This document shows, piece after piece, positions 48,469 through 57,220 of a DNA stretch of 62,910 nt. This DNA is from a virus (taxonomy: Duplodnaviria > Caudoviricetes), in the IMG/VR virus record IMGVR_UViG_3300037522_000055, positions 1 through 62,910 of that record. The stretch is one strand, 5' to 3'. Position numbers and translations under genes: made by a program. The notes beneath the pieces were generated by a model. It was not told where the DNA came from, searched no databases, and worked only from the letters and a program-made list of their open reading frames with translations. How positions within the stretch are numbered: position 1 is the stretch's first letter; every line of letters starts with the position of its first letter.

Positions 48469-49293
48469 TCACACCATGCACTTAACACAAACGCCGCAAC
48501 GGACCGACTCCGACTTACCAAATACGTCAACCGGGCAGACCATGCGCTTCGTTCGCGCACCGAGCGACGTGAACCACTCATAGCCGGGCATCGACTCGTC
48601 GAGCTTGCCGTCGCGGCCGGCGCGCAGCGCATAGTCGGGGAACACGACCGAGTCGTGCGGAAGATCGATCGGAACCGTGCCATCAGTCGTCAGGTAGCAG
48701 ATGCGGAAACCATAGTCCCGCGCGGCGCGACGCATGATGTTGTAGTTCTCGGCGTCGGCGGATAGGTTGACAACAAGGTTGTCTACGTTCGACAACGGCT
48801 CGAGATACGCGACGGAGCGCGTGTAAATCCAATGCCGCGTGTTGGGTGACCAGCGGCAGACGCGCGCGATCCACTCCGCGTATTGGTAGGAGTACACGTC
48901 GCCCGACACGTGCCAGCGGAAGTCCGGGCAGTTCTGCTCAATCCACGAGGCCATCGAGTCTGCCCACGCTAGATCGGGCGTGGAGTCGTCACCTAAAATC
49001 TCACGAATCGTTCGCGAATTGTGCGCGTAAAGCGCGTGCGTATCCGGCGCCGCCTTCTCCAAATTATGGACGTAACAGGCCGTTTCACACAGCGACGTCC
49101 GATACGGGCAGTCGGCGATCTGAAGCAGAGAAAAAGCGTTCGGACGCGGGTCCTCGTAGGTGCCACAGCCGGCCGTGATCTTCTGGTTGCCGTCCACGTA
49201 CAGATAGCGGCCGTCATGCCCGACGATCTGCTCGGCGACAAACTTCGTCTTGGCCGCCGTCGACGTGGCTGGGAGTACGGGGAGACTACTCAT
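48469..49293 (-). CDS. Gp88-like (radical-SAM-related) protein
   Basis: CP...LCETACY, FRWHVSGD, HWIYTRS, NLVVNLSAD, C-terminal CGVCVKC. Confidence 0.65.
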   Translation of the reverse strand: MSSLPVLPATSTAAKTKFVAEQIVGHDGRYLYVDGNQKITAGCGTYEDPRPNAFSLLQIADCPYRTSLCETACYVHNLEKAAPDTHALYAHNSRTIREILGDDSTPDLAWADSMASWIEQNCPDFRWHVSGDVYSYQYAEWIARVCRWSPNTRHWIYTRSVAYLEPLSNVDNLVVNLSADAENYNIMRRAARDYGFRICYLTTDGTVPIDLPHDSVVFPDYALRAGRDGKLDESMPGYEWFTSLGARTKRMVCPVDVFGKSESVRCGVCVKCMV

Positions 49294-49471
49294 AAATCAC
49301 ACACAGACCTTTCAACGCACGTCTCGTCCGAGCGTTCTTCAAATTCAGCAGCCCGCACCGAGAGCAGTACAGCCAGTGGTAAATTTTCTTGGTCATCCGG
49401 TGAGGGCCGGTGTTGCGGACGCCTTTTGAAGTCAAGAAGTCCGCGGCCTCGGCCGCGGATAGCTGAATCAT
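49286..49471 (-). CDS. Small Zn-ribbon protein
   Basis: YCSRCGL motif; coupled ORF. Confidence 0.5.
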   Translation of the reverse strand: MIQLSAAEAADFLTSKGVRNTGPHRMTKKIYHWLYCSRCGLLNLKNARTRRALKGLCVIYE

Positions 49472-49739
49472 TTCTTTTGCGATGGTAGTCCTCTGCGTCG
49501 CAACTCGGCTTCGACTGAGGCGCGTAGTGAATCGAAGTCGTAGCGCAGCAAATCCGTCAATGACCTAGGATTCCTATAAGGCTGCGTCGTCTCCGGCTCG
49601 ACGTGCTCGGGGATGGCTTGCGGTGCGTTCTCCGGCTCGATGTGCTGGGGAATGGCGTCGCACCCTTCAAGGCATCGGACGTACCCTGAAACCACGTGCT
49701 CGCCGCTGTGGCCGCAGGGGGCGGTGCCGGGCTTTCCAA

Positions 49740-51974
49740 TCATGTGGCCTTCTCCTCTGGTTCCCAAGGAATCAAACGATCATTCTGGTACACAGGCTCC
49801 GCTCCCTTATATAGACGTCGCATGAGCGCGGGCTCGGCCGATACGCGCACGTCGGGACAGCAGTCCTGCATGACGGCGACCATCACGTCAACCATTCGAT
49901 GGGCCGCTTCGTGCGACTGCGTCTCGGGCATCTCCACAACAGCCTCGTCGTGGATGAACGCAATCGGTCGGCAGTTGTACAGCGACGAGCGCGTATCGGT
50001 GTAGCACTCACGAACAATCGCCCAGTATGCCCTTTTGGCGCCGTATGCCGCAAGTGCTGAAAAATACCCGTTCGCGGCTTGGCAGAAGCCGACTCCGCCA
50101 CGCACGATGCCCGATCCGAAGTGAGTGATAGACCCTACGTCTTCGACTTGTTTCGAGATATATTCGAAGTAAGGTCCGGCCTCGAGCCAACGGTTGAACC
50201 ACGCCTGCCGGATCTTGACGGCCTCTTCGACGCACGCAAGGCAAACCGGCGAACCAGTCGGGCGACCCTTCCACTCCACGATGCGCTCTTCTCCACACCG
50301 TTGCTTACCGCCGGTCAACAAACAGAAGCGGACGCCCTTATACGGCTTACCGTCGGGCGCCTTCGTGTACATACCGGGCGCCTTGCGGTTCGTGATGACA
50401 AACTTCGGTGGCCCCATGCCCCCGGCGTATCCAAAGTTTCCCCACTTCGCGGCCTGGCGGTAATCCTTCAGGTCTGTCTTTTTTAACGGAATGAATTCTT
50501 CATACGTACGGCCGCACAGATCGGCGCCGAGGATTGAGTGTGCATCGGCACCGCTGTTGATCGCGTCACCTAATGTGGAGTATCCGAGCAGATTGATACA
50601 AACCTGCGCCCACGTAACCATCTCGACACCGGAGAAGTCCACCGATGCCAGGACCATGCCGGGACGGGCGACGATACACTCGCGTACGCTGATGTCACCG
50701 TGCGCGCTGGCTTTGCGCGGCATGGTCTGCACAATCCCCGAGTATGACACTCGCTCATTAGCGAGCGGCACGTTGGGGTATAGTGGAACTCCCCTGCGTA
50801 GCCCGGGGATGTAGGTCGATACCGTCTTGAGGTCCTCTCCCCAGTCGCCGTAATCGACGAGCAAATCGCTCCCAGAGTCGACAAGGATGTCGCGCGCGGT
50901 CATCACACCGCCCTTTTCAGTGCGCGGCACGCTTGGGACATTCAAATCTAATGACGTACCGGCGCAACGAGAGCAGGTAATCGGCTTACCTGTTTTCTCG
51001 GACTGCGCCTTTCCGGTGCCGTGGCAGCCTTGGCATGGATCTGTCGCCCCGTATGCCAGCGCGACCAAGCGGCGGAGCGGGGCTTGCTTCTTGGACAGTT
51101 TGATGATCTCGCCGTCAACTTCAAGCTCGAGCTTGCCGTCCTTCTTTTCGGCAATCAGCCCCTCGGCCATGAACTGATGAATACTCGCCACGATGTTTTT
51201 CTTGGTCTCGGCTTCCAGAGCGTCGACCATATCCGGGTCGGTAGCGAATCCCCAGGCCGCGCCCAGTGCCAGCGCGAACGACGCCCGGGACATCTCGGCC
51301 AGCATATGTAGATTCATCGCGCGACGTGTACTGCCATCCCCACGGGGAGTAATAGCGACCTGCGCGAGCGCGACCTGCAACGGATTCGTCACGTCGTCGA
51401 GCGGATACGTCCGAGCCTCTTCGGGCCAAGAGTCGATCGGGACGCCGTCGAGCAGAGCGTACCGCATGCGCCAATAATCGTTGTCCTTCGCATCGACGCG
51501 ATCCAGGACTAGGTCGGTGACGACGGCGAGCGAGTAGCGATTGGTGGCCTTGAAGTTCTTACCCGGGTCGCGCAGTCCGCCCCCGGTGCGCGGATCCAGG
51601 CCGAGGCATCCAATGCCGATGGCGTCGAGCATCTCAGCGAGAAGCACATCGTAGATTTCACCACGATCGTACTTGGCGAATATCTGCGGCCACAAGTTGA
51701 TCCCGCGGCGTGCGAAGTCCGTGGCCATCACGGTCATGTCGAACGCCAGATAGGCGCCGATGACGACAACGCCGGGCTCGAGCAGTTCTAAGAATCGACG
51801 CCTGAGCTCGGCCTTCCCGTCGTCGTCCCCGCCGTGTACGGTAGCGACGCCAGAGCGATCCAGAAACGATCCGCAGACCACCGGGGGCGCCGCGCAGCGA
51901 TCCGTGATCAACCACGTCTCGGTGTCGAACGCGACACCGACTCGGTCCAGGCTGTCGAGCAGGTCTGCGTTCAT
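49740..51974 (-). CDS. DNA polymerase, family A
   Basis: Exo I FDTET, motif A SVDFSGVEM, motif B RQAAKWGNFGYAGG, motif C FIHDE. Confidence 0.92.
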   Translation of the reverse strand: MNADLLDSLDRVGVAFDTETWLITDRCAAPPVVCGSFLDRSGVATVHGGDDDGKAELRRRFLELLEPGVVVIGAYLAFDMTVMATDFARRGINLWPQIFAKYDRGEIYDVLLAEMLDAIGIGCLGLDPRTGGGLRDPGKNFKATNRYSLAVVTDLVLDRVDAKDNDYWRMRYALLDGVPIDSWPEEARTYPLDDVTNPLQVALAQVAITPRGDGSTRRAMNLHMLAEMSRASFALALGAAWGFATDPDMVDALEAETKKNIVASIHQFMAEGLIAEKKDGKLELEVDGEIIKLSKKQAPLRRLVALAYGATDPCQGCHGTGKAQSEKTGKPITCSRCAGTSLDLNVPSVPRTEKGGVMTARDILVDSGSDLLVDYGDWGEDLKTVSTYIPGLRRGVPLYPNVPLANERVSYSGIVQTMPRKASAHGDISVRECIVARPGMVLASVDFSGVEMVTWAQVCINLLGYSTLGDAINSGADAHSILGADLCGRTYEEFIPLKKTDLKDYRQAAKWGNFGYAGGMGPPKFVITNRKAPGMYTKAPDGKPYKGVRFCLLTGGKQRCGEERIVEWKGRPTGSPVCLACVEEAVKIRQAWFNRWLEAGPYFEYISKQVEDVGSITHFGSGIVRGGVGFCQAANGYFSALAAYGAKRAYWAIVRECYTDTRSSLYNCRPIAFIHDEAVVEMPETQSHEAAHRMVDVMVAVMQDCCPDVRVSAEPALMRRLYKGAEPVYQNDRLIPWEPEEKAT

Positions 51975-52020
51975 AATTCCCAGAGCATCTCGTGGGTGAC
52001 GCGCGAATTTGGCCCCGCAG

Positions 52021-52635
52021 TCACGCGTTGTGACAACCGGGTGCGTGTCGTCCGTACACGTTAGGGATGCATAAACAAGGAGTGTGTTCCGGTGATCGTC
52101 CGTACCGACTAGTCGCCACTGGCTCCGGCGGCTCTGGCTCCGGCGACTCGGACACGTCACGAAGAGTCCACTCGCCACCGGTGAGGCCAGCACACAACCA
52201 CTTCCAGGGCTGTCCTGGATCCGGCGGGAGTAGTCCCGCCAGCACCGCTTGTTCGATCGCCATGTTCAGCGACGCAGCGCAGCCGCCAATGTGTGGCAAA
52301 CCCGACGCGCCCACCTTCGCCCCCGGCGTCTCGTCTGTGTCCGCCGCATAGGCCGCCATACACATACCCGACTCGTCTTCCAGGTTCGGATCCGTCGCTT
52401 GATGTCGCTCCATTGCGTCGAGCGTCTGAGACAGGTGAGAGTCGACGGCGCGCAGGTAGCTACGATAGCGCTCGAACGCTTCTTTCAAACTACCTACGGG
52501 GCGCAGGTAATTCGAACGCACGTACTTGTCGTTTCCGTATTCGCAGTTCCGTGCGACATACACCTTCAGCGACGTACGAACGTGCGTGATGTCCGGCTTG
52601 ATATTCGATCCGAGCGCTGCTTTCAGGTCCTTCAC
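52021..52635 (-). CDS. dATP/dGTP diphosphohydrolase-like (DUF5664-like)
   Basis: YGNDKY..SNY and SGLPHIG..AASL motifs. Confidence 0.65.
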   Translation of the reverse strand: MKDLKAALGSNIKPDITHVRTSLKVYVARNCEYGNDKYVRSNYLRPVGSLKEAFERYRSYLRAVDSHLSQTLDAMERHQATDPNLEDESGMCMAAYAADTDETPGAKVGASGLPHIGGCAASLNMAIEQAVLAGLLPPDPGQPWKWLCAGLTGGEWTLRDVSESPEPEPPEPVATSRYGRSPEHTPCLCIPNVYGRHAPGCHNA

Positions 52636-52636
52636 G

Positions 52637-53122
52637 CTACACCCCCGGGATTAGAAGTGCGTTGACGACCTCGGCGGCCTCCGCGAGTGACGTCGTGTGA
52701 ATATCCGCCAGCTCGCGGACGAATACGTGCTCGTGAATGTTGCCGCTCGGCTCCATCACCAACACGATGGGCTTGTGCAGCGTGCTCGCGATTCCCATCT
52801 CGGCGACGCTGCCGATCGAAACAGCCCTGGCACCGAGAAAGTTAACCAGCACCAAACTGGACTGTCGGATGTCCAGCCTGTCTTTCGCAACAATCGCTCG
52901 CTGCGTGGCGATGGCGACGGCGTCGGACGCGAACGTTGTGATCTCCGTGGAAATCTCGGCGAGGTGTCCTTCTTGGCGCATCGGAGACAGCACTGGAATG
53001 CTCGGATGAAACAAATCAGCGACGTCGCGACGCCAACCAAAGCGAGCGGCCTCATACGTGCAGCCCGCAATCGGGCCGCACAGGTAGACGCCGCCGTAGG
53101 GATTCGAATAGTTTGGTTCCAT
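52637..53122 (-). CDS. Nucleoside 2-deoxyribosyltransferase-like protein
   Basis: VYLCGPI, LSPMR, DRLDI, SIGSVAEMG.A...KPIV. Confidence 0.8.
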   Translation of the reverse strand: MEPNYSNPYGGVYLCGPIAGCTYEAARFGWRRDVADLFHPSIPVLSPMRQEGHLAEISTEITTFASDAVAIATQRAIVAKDRLDIRQSSLVLVNFLGARAVSIGSVAEMGIASTLHKPIVLVMEPSGNIHEHVFVRELADIHTTSLAEAAEVVNALLIPGV

Positions 53123-53134
53123 GATTACCTCCGG

Positions 53135-53278
53135 GGAGCGCACGGTGCGAGACCTTCGTGACCGAGTCGCGGTCGGCCAACGAAACCGATGCGCTCCACG
53201 CAAGTACCCATGGACGGGACGCCTCTCGTCGGACGCGGTTTAAATCCGCGGTCGCTGGCGGGGCGTCCCGTCGTGGGA
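53135..53278. other. Two long imperfect hairpins in the intergenic gap
   Basis: GGAGCGCACGGT...ACCGATGCGCTCC and GACGGGACGCC...GGCGTCCCGTC. Confidence 0.55.
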
Positions 53279-53283
53279 TTAAG

Positions 53284-54084
53284 CTAGGGCAGTATGTCGT
53301 CTAGCATGCTGCCGCCCAAGCCGGAGGGCGGCGGTGCGGACGGGGCCGCGGGCGGCTGCGGGGCCTGGGCTGCCGGCGGCTGCGGGGCCGGCGGAGGCGC
53401 GGGCTGTGGTGAGGCCTGTACTGGCACGGGCGGCCCTGCGACCGGGACGTCGGCGATTCCCTGCTCGAGCTTCTGACGACCGTCCAGAACCATCTCGGTC
53501 GTCTGCCCCGGGATGTTGCGGAACTGCATGTAGGTCGGCCAGTCCTTGCGCGGCGTGCCTTCCGGTTGCACCTTGCGCTTCTGCCGGTAGCTCGATCCGC
53601 TGATGCGAACACCACGGTATGGATTCACCTTACCGCGCGCCGGATCCTCGTTCGTCGCCTTCAGAATCCACTCGGCGAACAGCTTGCGCGGCCTCTCATT
53701 TGCGGCCTGCGCTCGCGCGTTTTCGGCGGCTTGGTCGCGAGCGATGTCGTGCTCGGTGACGCCCGCGATGGCCATGGCCACCATCTTGATGTTCGGTAGC
53801 GCCGCCTTGTGTTTGGTTTTGTTGTACGCGACGCTGGCCCGCGATCCGACCGGGCTACACGAGACCGACTGTCCGTGCGTGTCGATCTCGTTGACAGACG
53901 CCGCCTTCTCCACCAATGTCTCCATGATGAACGACACGCCTTCGGCGCCGCTGTGCAGCTTGAGTTTGTCGACAATCAGGGAACGATACTCGCCGTCCGT
54001 AAAGTAATTTCCCTTGCCGGCGGCATCGGCGTCGGCCGCCTCTTCTGCGGCCTGTCGCCGCCAATCTTGAACATCTTGACTCAT
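53284..54084 (-). CDS. Putative ssDNA-binding / replication protein
   Basis: Pro-rich linker with acidic LDDILP tail; in the replication cluster. Confidence 0.5.
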   Translation of the reverse strand: MSQDVQDWRRQAAEEAADADAAGKGNYFTDGEYRSLIVDKLKLHSGAEGVSFIMETLVEKAASVNEIDTHGQSVSCSPVGSRASVAYNKTKHKAALPNIKMVAMAIAGVTEHDIARDQAAENARAQAANERPRKLFAEWILKATNEDPARGKVNPYRGVRISGSSYRQKRKVQPEGTPRKDWPTYMQFRNIPGQTTEMVLDGRQKLEQGIADVPVAGPPVPVQASPQPAPPPAPQPPAAQAPQPPAAPSAPPPSGLGGSMLDDILP

Positions 54085-54162
54085 ATCAGTAACTCCTTGT
54101 CTTCCTATGACCATTCCTCTATACGCGCAGACCTGGAATTAGGTCTGCGCAAAACGATAAAA

Positions 54163-56076
54163 TTATAGCAGTTCCCACGTAGGCGCGCACGCCAGCAGTT
54201 TTTGGTAACTGCCCATCGTCCCGGTGACGTACCGGGCGAGCTCTAGGGCGCGGTCCCACGCCTCTCGCATCTCCCACGTGTGTCGGTATACGTAGGTGAT
54301 AACCTCGTCCGATTGCTGCCCTTGGCGATGCAAGCGACCGAGCAACTGTTCCCACCTTCCGGCGCCGCCCGTCTTACGTGACACGGGTGGGTTTGCCACT
54401 AGTTGTTCGTGAAATAGAAACTGAAGTCCGTCACGACCTTCGCCGTGTGAGCGAAGCGAAGCGATGATAGATCGATCGCCGCGCTCGGCTTTTATTCTGG
54501 CCTCTGCATCGACTCCCCCTGCGTGAACAGGAAGCCCGGATAGCTCGGCAACTTTACGCCCAAACGCAGAGTGCTCGTACCAAATAATGCCGTTGTGCTC
54601 CAGACCCCACTCCGCCGCATCGCGAGCGAGGTAATCATCAATCCAGACCGCCTCCGACTTAGGCTTTACCTGATCACGAATTTCTCGCCAGGCGGGCCAG
54701 ACCTGGGAGCGCCACGTGGGCATAGGACCTTTGTACTTCGGCTCTTGGTAGTAGCGAACCGCGGCCTTGGCGCACATCATCGGCGAGTCGAGGTATTGTT
54801 GTCTAGCCTCGAGCTTCCGTCTCAGTTCGGCGTGCCAGTCCTTTCGAATGCGAAGCCATTCTTCAATCAAGTACACGGGCTCGCCGCGTGGATAGGTCCA
54901 GCGATAGTAGAAGCCGGACGCCAGCTCGCGAGCGCAGCGCGAGACGGAGAACGCGTCAATCAGCTCCTCGCCGTCGGGACGCTGCATCGACGAGCGCACC
55001 TGACGGATTGCTTCGTCGACGGCATCGGGTATCTCACCAGGGTCGCGTTCATACACGGGCAGCGAGGCGCCTATACCCGCGTGATCGGTGGCGACAACGC
55101 CGCGCGTGTCTAGCAGCCGACGTCGATAGCCGTCGCGCAGCGTCTCACCGGGACTACACAACTCGACGAGCGCACCGGGCGGGGCCGGGTCCTGTCCCGG
55201 CGCAGGAGGATCGATTGCCATCGACCACTCGCTAAGCGCGTCTTTATCGAGAGGTAAAGGAGAACTCGGTCCCAACGCGATGTGCGCCAGGTGAGCGTAG
55301 TCCTTAATCGACTTGTCAGTAAGCGAGCCTGACCATGCACAGAGATTCGTCGCCGGATGCGCGGCGAAGTAGCGAAGCAGCCGCGACGTTCGCGCCGTGT
55401 CTGGGTAGCGAAACTTGTGAGCCTCGTCGATGATGATTAAATCCGGTTTCAGTGTCTCGAGTAGCACCGCGGCCTTATCGCGCGAAAGCTGCGACGTAGG
55501 GATTACGTGAACCGCTGGCCGACCGGGCTGAATCATACCCCAGCCTTTAGGGCACAGAAGCGACGGAACTTTCCAGTGTTGCGCCCACAGTTGGTATTCA
55601 TTTTTGAGTTGATCGACGAGCTTAGGTGGAACCAACAACACGGCCGACTTGCAGTCAGGTACGACCATCGGCGTAAGGAAACCGAGCGCGGTCTTACCGC
55701 CGCCGACTACGATAATTCCTAACAGCCCGTTGGCGATTCCGGCCTCGTACAATGCCCACGCCTGGATCGGATTCAGGTGCGTTATACACTGCCGACGAAA
55801 CTTCTCTTTGCACACGCATTTTGTTTGCGGAGGGAGTCGAAGTCGGCCCCCAACGAGCTCGACGAGCGCTTGATATTGTTCGTCGGTCGGCCGCGGGCGT
55901 CGCGGCACGGCAATAATACGCTCAAGGTCAGCGGTGTTCTCCGGGGCTTTCTTTCCCCAGACATCGCCGAGTAGATTATCCTCACCCGGGTTGGCCCCTG
56001 GCGGGACAACGCGCAAGCGACGAACGGGCCGATCGTCTTCGGGAAGTTCATCAACTACTTTGTCGATGTCGAGCAT
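54163..56076 (-). CDS. SF2 helicase
   Basis: VGGGKT, IIDEAH, WSGS, EQLLGRLHRQGQ. Confidence 0.9.
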   Translation of the reverse strand: MLDIDKVVDELPEDDRPVRRLRVVPPGANPGEDNLLGDVWGKKAPENTADLERIIAVPRRPRPTDEQYQALVELVGGRLRLPPQTKCVCKEKFRRQCITHLNPIQAWALYEAGIANGLLGIIVVGGGKTALGFLTPMVVPDCKSAVLLVPPKLVDQLKNEYQLWAQHWKVPSLLCPKGWGMIQPGRPAVHVIPTSQLSRDKAAVLLETLKPDLIIIDEAHKFRYPDTARTSRLLRYFAAHPATNLCAWSGSLTDKSIKDYAHLAHIALGPSSPLPLDKDALSEWSMAIDPPAPGQDPAPPGALVELCSPGETLRDGYRRRLLDTRGVVATDHAGIGASLPVYERDPGEIPDAVDEAIRQVRSSMQRPDGEELIDAFSVSRCARELASGFYYRWTYPRGEPVYLIEEWLRIRKDWHAELRRKLEARQQYLDSPMMCAKAAVRYYQEPKYKGPMPTWRSQVWPAWREIRDQVKPKSEAVWIDDYLARDAAEWGLEHNGIIWYEHSAFGRKVAELSGLPVHAGGVDAEARIKAERGDRSIIASLRSHGEGRDGLQFLFHEQLVANPPVSRKTGGAGRWEQLLGRLHRQGQQSDEVITYVYRHTWEMREAWDRALELARYVTGTMGSYQKLLACAPTWELL

Positions 56077-56325
56077 TTTACCACAGGCCCCTGACGACGA
56101 TTCCGCCGCCGGAGTTTACGATTGCCACGTCCATTGCTCGCGCGCACGGACGGCAGTAGCGACGAAGACGCGTGTCGATCTGCACGTCATCTACGATTAG
56201 ACCGGGCGTTGGCTGAAGCCAGCGCTCGTTGTAACATTCAGGCATCGCGCAAACGCCACCGAGTGTGTGCGTCTTTGGAACATCAGTACGAGGATCATCC
56301 GGCGGACGTTGCGCGGCGCTCATTC

Positions 56326-57039
56326 TTACGTGAGCGACTCGATCCACGCAACGGCGACCGCTGCGACTTGCACGAGCTCTTTCTTCAAGTCGGCGCCGGT
56401 CGTGTCGTTGGCCAGCTTGTTGCGCTCGAGGACGGCGCGCGCTGCTTCGCCAAACTCTTCGGCCAGCACTGTGAGTTTTTCCGCGTCCGACAACTCCGAA
56501 TCCGCACACGTATAGGGGAAGCGACCGGCCGCTTTTAGATCGTTCTGACGGTTGCGCTCGGCGACAATCAGAGATAGTGCTAGCGCGCGTCGCAGGCTGT
56601 TGTGAAGCAGATTGTCTGCCGGGCCGTCGACCATTGCCAGGATCTTGGCGTCCAAATCGTCGACGATCGGTGCGTCGGGCAATCCAATCGCGCCTCGCAG
56701 GCTCGCGACTCGCAGGTTCGCGCCGTACAGGTTCGCGTCTTGCAGGTTCGCGCGTCGCAGGTCCGCGCCTTCCAGGTCCGCGTATCGCAGGTTCGCGCCT
56801 TCCAGGTTCGCGCCTCGCAGGTCCGCGTCTTGTAGGTACGCGTATCGCAGGTTCGCGTATCGCAGGTTCGCGCCTTCCAGGTCCGCGCCTTCCAGGTCCG
56901 CGCCTTCCAGTCGCGCGCCTTCCAGTCGCGCGCCTTCCAGGATCGCGTCTCGCAGGTCCGCGCCTCGCAGGTCCGCGTCTACCAGGTCCGCGCCTTCCAG
57001 GATCGCGCCGGGTTCGATCGTATATCCGTTGACGTTCAT
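56326..57039 (-). CDS. Pentapeptide-repeat protein fused to a MazG-like NTP pyrophosphatase
   Basis: Repeats plus partial type A linker plus LAEEFGEAARA...KELVQVAAVAVAW. Confidence 0.8.
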   Translation of the reverse strand: MNVNGYTIEPGAILEGADLVDADLRGADLRDAILEGARLEGARLEGADLEGADLEGANLRYANLRYAYLQDADLRGANLEGANLRYADLEGADLRRANLQDANLYGANLRVASLRGAIGLPDAPIVDDLDAKILAMVDGPADNLLHNSLRRALALSLIVAERNRQNDLKAAGRFPYTCADSELSDAEKLTVLAEEFGEAARAVLERNKLANDTTGADLKKELVQVAAVAVAWIESLT

Positions 57040-57220
57040 TTTCGTTCCTTACATGGTTGCGCGATGCGGTCTTTCCGTGAATGACCCGATGTCGTATTAT
57101 CTACGCGGGCGTTGGTTTTATCGACGACCGGAGAGTGCGAGAACGATCGACGCCTTACATCCGCCAGAAAGACAGGTGACGCACTCCATCTTCCCTTTTT
57201 CGCATCACGCGCGTTGTGTT

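Noticed and set aside
52021-52635. Z-genome (2-aminoadenine) pathway
   Set aside because: A DUF5664-like gene is present, but no PurZ/PurA-like ORF was seen.
53135-53278. tRNA gene
   Set aside because: No T-loop (GTTCRA) or D-loop consensus and no cloverleaf; only long hairpins.
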